This document shows positions 1 through 7,600 of a stretch of 32,000 bases of DNA, piece by piece. Below the pieces are notes generated by a model. That model had not been told where the DNA came from. It did not search any database and worked only from the letters and a program-made list of their open reading frames with translations. The translations under genes were made by a program, and so were the position numbers. Source of the stretch: an uncultured Bacteriovoracaceae bacterium (GTDB taxonomy: Bacteria; Bdellovibrionota; Bacteriovoracia; Bacteriovoracales; Bacteriovoracaceae); assembly GCA_964012805.1 (NCBI GenBank), contig CAXGUD010000007.1:88931-120930 (forward strand), in the 5' to 3' direction. The stretch's first letter is position 1; each line of letters starts with the position of its first letter.

Positions 1-2
1 TT

Positions 3-479
3 ACTCAAGCTCACTCTGCTAAATTAGAAAAAGGAACTTACGACGCAGCGTCTTACATTGCTTCTTTTAAAGTTTTGTTAAAAGATGTTGATGGGTTTGA
101 GGGGGCATTTCCTCTTCTTCTGAACTCTGCAGATAAGGTTATGGAAAAAGGAGATTTAAAAGAGTCTCTTGAGCTCCTTCAGTTAGGTGAGAGTCAATAC
201 TCAAGTAGTAATGCTTATAAGGCTTTCTTTGTTAGAATTCGACTGGCAGCTCTTTATGAAGATATGGGTAAGTTTAATGAGGCTTATGAAGTTCTTCAAA
301 ACCTGTTAAAGTCCCCTGTTAAGCTTTTAGAATCGAAAGTCTATCTTGATTTAGGAAGGGTTCATCTAAAAATGGGTGAAAAGGAAAAGGCCAAAACCAC
401 TTTTCAATATGTAATTGATAATGGAAAAAGTGGTGATGACGTCGTTAAAATGGCGAGGCTTTACATATCTAACATGTAG
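3..479 (+). CDS. TPR-like protein, YfgM-like, 5' end outside the window
   Basis: The frame is open from base 3 to the window edge, so the TTG at 75 in the ORF track is probably internal. TPR-like helical repeats are present (AYKAFFVRIRLAALYEDMGKFNEAYEVLQNLL, VYLDLGRVHLKMGEKEKAKTTFQYVI). It sits directly upstream of a bamB-like gene, matching the yfgM-bamB arrangement known from E. coli. Confidence 0.55.
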   Translation, partial: TQAHSAKLEKGTYDAASYIASFKVLLKDVDGFEGAFPLLLNSADKVMEKGDLKESLELLQLGESQYSSSNAYKAFFVRIRLAALYEDMGKFNEAYEVLQNLLKSPVKLLESKVYLDLGRVHLKMGEKEKAKTTFQYVIDNGKSGDDVVKMARLYISNM

Positions 480-540
480 TTAAATGCACTAAAATAACTT
501 TAAAATTGCTGAAGCTTTTGACTTTCTAAAAAGGTTTTCC

Positions 541-1668
541 ATGAAAAAATTCTTGAATGAATTTATACCTTTTGTTGTTTTACTTGTGATGGTTTCTTGC
601 TCCTCTATAAAGAAGGTTATACCTATAAAGGGCACATCTTTAAAGAAGCCAGTTTTTACTGTTCTTTGGTCCAAAAATTATGATCCAGATTATAAAACAG
701 GCAATTTGCCTATTGCTCTTAATGGTCCAATTACCAGTGAAGGAATTGTTTATGCTGGACATAATGAAGGAGAGATGAGGGCCTACGATGTAGAAACAGG
801 TAAAAGTGCTTGGGTAGTAAAAGATGGTGGTCTTTCTCACTCTACACCAATAGTTTACAAGGATTTATTAATTTACGGTACGCTACAAGGCAGGCTTTTT
901 GCTAGAAACCGGATCACTGGAAGTTTGAAATATAGTGTAGAGTTAGGTTCTGGAGTAGAGACCCAAGGTGTGATTTATAAAGATAGGCTCTATGTTCATT
1001 TGAGAAATCACAAGATTTTTTGTCTTGATGCTCAAACTGGGGCCATTATATGGGCCTATAAAAGGTCTATGTCCTACAAAACAACTCTTCAAAGGGCTTC
1101 TCGGCCATTTATTTCTAAAGATAAGCTATATGTAGGCTTTGCAGACGGATATTTGGTATCATTTTCAGCTCAGGATGGATCACTTCTTTGGGAAACTAAA
1201 TTGGCAGAGGACGTAAAATTTCTTGATGTCGATACTGCACCGAGGTTATTTTTTGGGAAGATTTTTGCTGGAGTATCAGAAGGAGATATTTTTGTTTTAA
1301 ACCCAAAGAATGGAGAAGTGCTTAGCAAGTTGCCTTTTTCGTCTTTAAGGGATCTAAAATTAATTGAGGACAAAATCTTTATCGGAACCAAAAAAGGTAA
1401 CGTTGTCGTTTTAGATGAAAGTTTGAAAATGGTTAAAGAGTCCAGGACATTAGATGGAGCGATAACCGGATTGGCCGTTTGGAAAGACCGCTTTATAGTT
1501 GTAGGGACTATTAGGGGAACATTATACGCTTTAGATACGAAGAGCCTTGAAATCGTTGACCATTTGAACTTTGGTTACGCTGGAACGCCCCACTTCAATG
1601 AGGCGAGCATAGATGGCCCTTTTCTTAGTATCATTTCAAGTAGGAACAGACTCCATTTAATAAAGTAA
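541..1668 (+). CDS. bamB: Outer-membrane protein assembly factor BamB-like lipoprotein (PQQ-like beta-propeller)
   Basis: Signal peptide with lipobox (LLVMVSC-SS). There are about 7 repeated blade motifs of the form 'hydrophobic-Y-hydrophobic-G-x-x-x-G-x-hydrophobic-x-A-hydrophobic-D-x-x-T/D-G', e.g. GIVYAGHNEGEMRAYDVETGKSAW, RLYVHLRNHKIFCLDAQTGAIIW, KLYVGFADGYLVSFSAQDGSLLW. Size is typical of BamB, and a TPR gene lies upstream. Confidence 0.7.
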   Translation: MKKFLNEFIPFVVLLVMVSCSSIKKVIPIKGTSLKKPVFTVLWSKNYDPDYKTGNLPIALNGPITSEGIVYAGHNEGEMRAYDVETGKSAWVVKDGGLSHSTPIVYKDLLIYGTLQGRLFARNRITGSLKYSVELGSGVETQGVIYKDRLYVHLRNHKIFCLDAQTGAIIWAYKRSMSYKTTLQRASRPFISKDKLYVGFADGYLVSFSAQDGSLLWETKLAEDVKFLDVDTAPRLFFGKIFAGVSEGDIFVLNPKNGEVLSKLPFSSLRDLKLIEDKIFIGTKKGNVVVLDESLKMVKESRTLDGAITGLAVWKDRFIVVGTIRGTLYALDTKSLEIVDHLNFGYAGTPHFNEASIDGPFLSIISSRNRLHLIK

Positions 1669-1681
1669 TTAAATAACTGAC

Positions 1682-2563
1682 TTACCTTTTTTTCATATAA
1701 TTAAAATAATCCTGGGCCCATGGAGCTCTCATTCTGGTTAAAATTTGTTTTTTTAACTTGATTTCCTTTTTATTTAGAGAAGCAGGAGTTCGGCTTAGCT
1801 CTTTTTTTCTGAGGCTGGATAGAAGTGCCATATTTGAGAAGATTGTTGTTTTTAAAAGAATTGTAAGGTTTTTTCGAGATGGTTTAAATTCACTTTTTGA
1901 TTTTTGGATAGTCGTTAAAAGGTTTTGAAAGTTATAGTAGTTAGTGCTTTTTCCTAACTGACATAACTGTTCAATTTCTCTATAGGTTTTAAAAGCGTGG
2001 TAGGACAAAGCTTTCTTGATGGTTGAGGACCACATTTCTTTGTCCTGGTTTCTTATTATATCTATAACTTGTGGTTTTTTGCTTCCTTCTGTCATTGGTA
2101 GATAAAGTTCCGGTGAAGAAGATAAAAAATTAAGGTCCTCAAGGTGGTTCTTATTTAAAAACTTGTAGTTAAGTCTTTTTTTATCGTTTTTTTGAGAATA
2201 TCTAAACCCTTCTTTAAGAAGAGGTGTATGAAAATGAGGACAAGTGTTTATATTTGGTAAGGTCGCTGAAGAATAAGTTTTGAGTTTTTGATATTGTTTA
2301 AACAAATTCAAAAAATAGAGGTGTTTTGACGGTTTAAGTTTTTTCTTTTTTAATGGTTTTTTAGAAATAGAAGCAGGTCTTCGTGAAAAGCTTAATTGCT
2401 TGGGGAATGGAGGAGCAGATGGAATGAGATTAACCTTTTCTGTTTGTGGGTTAAACCTGTTCATTTTTGAACCAAAAGTCTCTGGCTGCTTATAAGAAGA
2501 ACTACATGATGAAATTAATAGGATTATCAAAATATTTACTAATGATATGATTGCCTTTTCCAA
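1682..2563 (-). CDS. Hypothetical lysine-rich lipoprotein
   Basis: TTG start preceded by AGGAG about 7 nt upstream. Lipoprotein signal ILLISSC-SSS. Very basic (KKPLKKKKLKPSK). No recognisable catalytic motif. Confidence 0.6.
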   Translation of the reverse strand: MEKAIISLVNILIILLISSCSSSYKQPETFGSKMNRFNPQTEKVNLIPSAPPFPKQLSFSRRPASISKKPLKKKKLKPSKHLYFLNLFKQYQKLKTYSSATLPNINTCPHFHTPLLKEGFRYSQKNDKKRLNYKFLNKNHLEDLNFLSSSPELYLPMTEGSKKPQVIDIIRNQDKEMWSSTIKKALSYHAFKTYREIEQLCQLGKSTNYYNFQNLLTTIQKSKSEFKPSRKNLTILLKTTIFSNMALLSSLRKKELSRTPASLNKKEIKLKKQILTRMRAPWAQDYFNYMKKR

Positions 2564-2721
2564 AATAAGCTCCTGATTTCTTGAGTCCGCTTTAAAATCA
2601 ATTGCTTTATCGGATGTATAGTCTCAACTTTTAGAAGAAATAGTGAATGAATCTAGTCAATAAAAAAACTGTAAATCCTTTTTTATAAAAAATTAAAAAA
2701 GTATAAAAAGCTTTATAAATA

Positions 2722-3711
2722 TTAGGGTGTTAGCTTTAGTTCAAAGTCTAAAACTAAAGGGTAGTGATCTGATGGAAAGTGTCTCAAATCATTATCTTCT
2801 TTAGGAAACGGTAGAGGAACTCCTGTTTCAGGATTCTTGTAGTAATAGATACCTGAGTCGTTTTCTCGGACAAGCCCTTTGAGTTTTTCCGAAAGAAAAA
2901 TGTAGTCTAATTGAAGAGGTTTACTTTCGTTAGCTGAAGCCGGGTGTAAGAAAGTTGATCTTTGCTTTTCAGGTAAACCGATTATTTCCAGTATATCTCT
3001 AAGGTCAGTTTTTTCATAAATATACTGAAATTCGGGATCAGGCTTTGAGAGCTGAGCATTGCCATTAAAGTCACCAGCAACAAAAATGGGAACTTTATCA
3101 TTATATTTTTTCTTAAGGTTTAAATAAACATCTATTAGTACTTTTAGTTCAGCACTCCTCCTTTTTGATCCTTTTTCATCATGTCCATCAAAGTTTAATT
3201 GAGATTTTAGGTGAACGAAAAGTAATACTAAAGAAGGTATGTCATTTTTTCCTTTTGGAAAAACTCTTAATTCAGCAATATCTCTTGAAAACTTATGAGG
3301 TTGATACAAAGGCGGAAGATTAAGCTTTTTCTTCTTCTCATTTTCCTTTTTTTCAAATTCATAATTAAAGTTAATAGAGCGGTTTTTATGAGTATAGTGA
3401 CTGTAAGAAAAGGGCATTCCTTTTTTAATTAAAAAGCCAAGTTCAATCCCTCTTTCTGAGTTTCCTTGGATAAGTGTAGGTGAAAAATAATTATTGCAGA
3501 ATTTATTATTAAAATTGAAAAGAGATTCTTCTCCTCCAACCTCAGATATCATCAATATGTCTAAATCCATTTCTATGACAGCTTTTCCTAGGTCAATAAC
3601 TTTATAGAGAGGCTTATTTGGCTGAAATTTCTTTAGAACTGTTTTCTGTTGATACTCATTCGGGTCGTTTAAAAGAAACAAGTTTTGTGAATTTAATACC
3701 GCAATTCTCAA
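2722..3711 (-). CDS. Endonuclease/exonuclease/phosphatase (EEP) family protein
   Basis: EEP hallmark motifs in the correct order: N-terminal MRIAVLNSQNL, MISEVGG (catalytic Glu), VAGDFNG, LDYIF, SDHYPLVLDF. No obvious signal peptide. Its start lies 18 bp downstream of the preceding gene's stop. Confidence 0.85.
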   Translation of the reverse strand: MRIAVLNSQNLFLLNDPNEYQQKTVLKKFQPNKPLYKVIDLGKAVIEMDLDILMISEVGGEESLFNFNNKFCNNYFSPTLIQGNSERGIELGFLIKKGMPFSYSHYTHKNRSINFNYEFEKKENEKKKKLNLPPLYQPHKFSRDIAELRVFPKGKNDIPSLVLLFVHLKSQLNFDGHDEKGSKRRSAELKVLIDVYLNLKKKYNDKVPIFVAGDFNGNAQLSKPDPEFQYIYEKTDLRDILEIIGLPEKQRSTFLHPASANESKPLQLDYIFLSEKLKGLVRENDSGIYYYKNPETGVPLPFPKEDNDLRHFPSDHYPLVLDFELKLTP

Positions 3712-3729
3712 GAAGAACTCTTTTTTTAT

Positions 3730-4542
3730 TCAATTACAACTATGTCCGAATATCATTGTTTTATAATTTTTGGAAGTTTTATCCCATATAGCTTGACAAA
3801 AATGTCCAAGATGAAGCGATTTTGCCGTAGTTTCTAATTTAAACTTATCTATTAGAACTTGAGGGCAAACTACATTTTCTGGAGAGTTCTTCCTAGGGAT
3901 TTTTTCATTTGAAAGAACCATTCTCCCATCATCTTTGATATTTAAACCAATATACACCCCTTCATATTCTAGTTGAAAATATAGATCATTTTGTTTGATG
4001 AAAAGAGGTGTATCATCTCTTGGGACAAAGAACTCCTTTATTGAAAGGTTTTTACTTGAAGGACTATTTTCTAATAGAAATGCTTTTTGTGGGATAAATT
4101 TATTATTTTGGTGAACAAATTTATTTTTTATGTTTTTAAGAAAAGTCTCTGCTATGTAAATTTTTTCCTCACCTTTCTTCGTATGATGAGAGCATGGAGA
4201 CCTCCAGCTAATAACAGATCTATCTCTAGCTCCTAATGGGCTGGCCCATATGGAAATTAGAATTCCAAACTTTCTTTTAAACTTTTTAAGTTTTTGAATT
4301 TTTTTATTAATTGGTAATTTATGATCATGAACAAGTTCAATCCATTTTTTTCTTAATAGTGCTGCTTTTTTTGTACAGTTAGAGTTAGTTGGGCACCCTT
4401 CTATTGGGTGGAAAAGCATATGTGGCTTAAATTTTTCTTCTTTAAGTCCTCGAGTTTTTTTTGCGTAGGAATTAAATGAAGCAGTTAACGAAAGTAGGCT
4501 TAAAATGATAAACGTTTTTAAATAAGAGTCATTAGATGCCAT
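3730..4542 (-). CDS. Hypothetical secreted protein (8 Cys)
   Basis: N-terminal signal peptide (TFIILSLLSLTASFNSYA-KK). Eight cysteines. No recognised motif. Co-directional with the giant gene and 70 bp downstream of it. Confidence 0.6.
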   Translation of the reverse strand: MASNDSYLKTFIILSLLSLTASFNSYAKKTRGLKEEKFKPHMLFHPIEGCPTNSNCTKKAALLRKKWIELVHDHKLPINKKIQKLKKFKRKFGILISIWASPLGARDRSVISWRSPCSHHTKKGEEKIYIAETFLKNIKNKFVHQNNKFIPQKAFLLENSPSSKNLSIKEFFVPRDDTPLFIKQNDLYFQLEYEGVYIGLNIKDDGRMVLSNEKIPRKNSPENVVCPQVLIDKFKLETTAKSLHLGHFCQAIWDKTSKNYKTMIFGHSCN

Positions 4543-4612
4543 ATAATTCTCATTTTATTGGATATAAAACTTGTTTTTTTTTACTGCTTTTAATTTTAGA
4601 ATAAAAAAAGAG

Positions 4613-7600
4613 TTATTGACAGTAAATGTGATGATTCCACCTAAAGCCTTGGAGGAACCTTGTTGTCCCGGTGTCATTTAAGGTATCGCTATCAAGCACT
4701 GAATCAATAATACTATATTTTCTTGATTGGTCAGGTGTTTGTTCCTGTTCAAAAAAACCGCTATTTGGTTCAGGGTAAAAATAACCAAAAGCAGCACCTC
4801 TTCTTATCTTTTTGTCATAGCAATACTCTCTCCCAAGAGCTTCAAGCTTATTAAAGGTTTCTCGATTTAATTTGGGTTCACCTGTTTCAGGAATATAGTT
4901 TGATTCAGAAAGTCCGCCTGCGGGTAATGTTTTGCCGTGTCCTTCTCCAGATACAAACCTATTGAAGTAGACGTTAAGATTTGTCCCTGGAGGAAGCTTA
5001 CAAACTTCTACGGTTTGTCCCACTTCATTTTTTTCACTCACTGTATAGTTACTACAACATGACTCTTTGGATGGAGCAGTTTCTCCCAGTTTCATGCAGC
5101 ATTTAAATTTATGAGGTGAAAATACTTTTCCAAGCATAACTTTATCTTGGAGAACAATATGACCATCTGGGTTTGAAATATCATTTGTTTGATCAAGTGC
5201 TGAGCCTGTTTCGTAATCGTAAATTTGTCCTAAAGATCGCCCACTTGAATAGTTTTTGGTTCTATCGTATTGGAAGGACGTACCAGATTTCTCAAATTGT
5301 GTCCTAGTGTGGGGTGATATACTAAATATATTTTCAACAAGTTGACTTCTATCTGTATTGCAATAAATAGGTTCATAAAAGATTTGAGGAATACCCATAA
5401 GCTCAAACCTTGAGAGTTTTGTAAGGTAATAAAGAGCATTTCCAGGGTTAAGTCTCGTATCGGACGTAGCTGTTGTTTTATAAGAAGGACCTGTATCGCT
5501 CGGGTCATATTTAAAAATCGTTGTCCCTATAGGGTTAAAATTAATTTCAACTCCAGCATAATTCCAAGGATCATTTTCATTAGGATCAGGGTTATCAGCA
5601 GATTGATCTGCCTTTATATGGAAAATTTGATAACCATTTGTAAGAGTCTCAATACACCAACGTTCGGGGTTTGAGAAGGCCCTTGGGTTGGTCTTATTCG
5701 GTGTGATGGTGGGGTCACAATATGCTGGGTCTTCAATTGCAGTTTCTGACCAAGTCGTTTGATCCGAGACATACTTTATTGAAACACTATTTATATTTGA
5801 TTTACCCCCAATATAGATGGGTAAATAAAAACTTACGGCATCGTGAAAGGATCTTGTTGCAAAATAATTATAAGGACCAGAAGATGCTATAGGTGTAGGG
5901 TTAGCGTAAGGGGTTGGCATGTAAGGAGATTCAAAAGACATCAATTGTTTAACTGGAGAACCAGTAACTGGAGTTTCTGTTGGTGTTGTATCCATTTTTG
6001 TATCGTCGTTTGTAGAATCTGTTGGGTAGGAAAGTTCATAACCAGCAACTGAAGGTATTGAAACCTGGATACAGCCTCCATACTCAGGAGATAAACATAA
6101 TTTTTCGACATCTTTATTGTAGTTTTTAGTACTAACAGCATCACTATCTAGGCATGAGGTGGATGAATTTGTTGAGCAATTATTTGTTGGAGGATAAAAG
6201 CTCACTGGCGACATATAGTTGAGGCAGCTAAAAGCGGCCACATCAAAATTAATGCGTGGGTTTTGGGTCCAATCGTTTGTATCATCTGCAAATTTTCTGA
6301 TCCATCCACCTCCACAACATGACCTTCTTGCGGTTTCGTGAATTGTTTTCCACTGAAATTGCTTGGGAGTATCAGGTGTTCCATCCGATTCTGTTCTAAG
6401 TATGGGAAGCTGACTGTATGGGTCAGGTGTGGCATCATTGACACTTGTGGCATCCACAAAATCTATAATACTAAATCTTGAGTAACGACCATCGGTAGAA
6501 GGCGAATTATGAGGAAGGGTGTCTGAGGAGAGGTCATCATTGCCAGTTCCCTGTTCAGGGATAAGATCTGGGTCGTTAACACCCTTTTTATACTGGGTAT
6601 ATATCGTGATGTCTTTCCCTACTTCTCTACAGCAACGATTCTTTGTCATATCATATTTTTCGTAATCGTAATCAGTCAGAGATGGCTGTTTTTGGGCCTG
6701 TCCACATACAAGAGATTCTTTCCAATAATCATGTTCGGCATCGGTGTTACCAAAGTAAGACTTGTCTAGTGTCAAAGCTTCTCTCTCGTGAAGAATATTA
6801 GGTGTACAGTCAAGGTCAGTATGGCAAATGGAACCTGCCCTTCTGAGGCAAGCACTTCCAACTAGTGTTTGTTCTTCTAAAAAGGCGAGCGAATCTATTC
6901 TTTTTGCTTCAATTCTTTCAAATGTAGACTTGTCATTATATATCGATTCACCACCACAAGAGTTTTGGTAGTGAAGTTCTTTTTGATATTCTGGAGTAAC
7001 TAAATTATTCGAGTTATCGCCTGTGATATCAGTTATATAGTTACCATAATTAATGCTTTTTATATCTCTTTCAAATAGAGGACAAGTAATAACTCTATTG
7101 GCGCCAGTTGATGTTTCATCACATGACGAAATTTGTGAAATATAATCTGTCCTTTTTTGGCTATCAGGATTTTGATGTTGATCAATTACTGGAGAAGTCG
7201 TTGTTGTTGTAATTATTTTTTTTCCTGGTCTGCATAGGCCGAAATCTGAAGTATCACTACTATATAATGATGCATGATGAATAATAGAAGATTTGGCAGA
7301 GTCGGGTAATATTGCCGTTGCACCTACATATTTTTCTGGTCTTCCTAAGGTATTGGCCTGCTGGCCGTATTGAATGGATGAATAAAGGTTAGGAACTCTC
7401 ATCACTTTATCATTAAAGACATTGTCACCATAGCTAGCACAGTAAAAATTAGGAGCACAGGTAAAAAGTTTTTGGTACTTCTTATCTAAATCATCTTTAA
7501 AGTTTCTTTTACAAAGAGAACCAGCTCCTCTATAAACACACCTTTTTGTTGTCGATCCAGAAGGAGGAAATTTTGAAAGAATTGTTGAAAAACTTGCTTT

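Noticed and set aside
489-1391. Minus-strand ORFs 489-674, 640-840 and 1170-1391 lie opposite the bamB-like gene.
   Set aside because: They are antisense to a gene with clear repeated beta-propeller motifs and a lipobox. No SD or motifs are visible.
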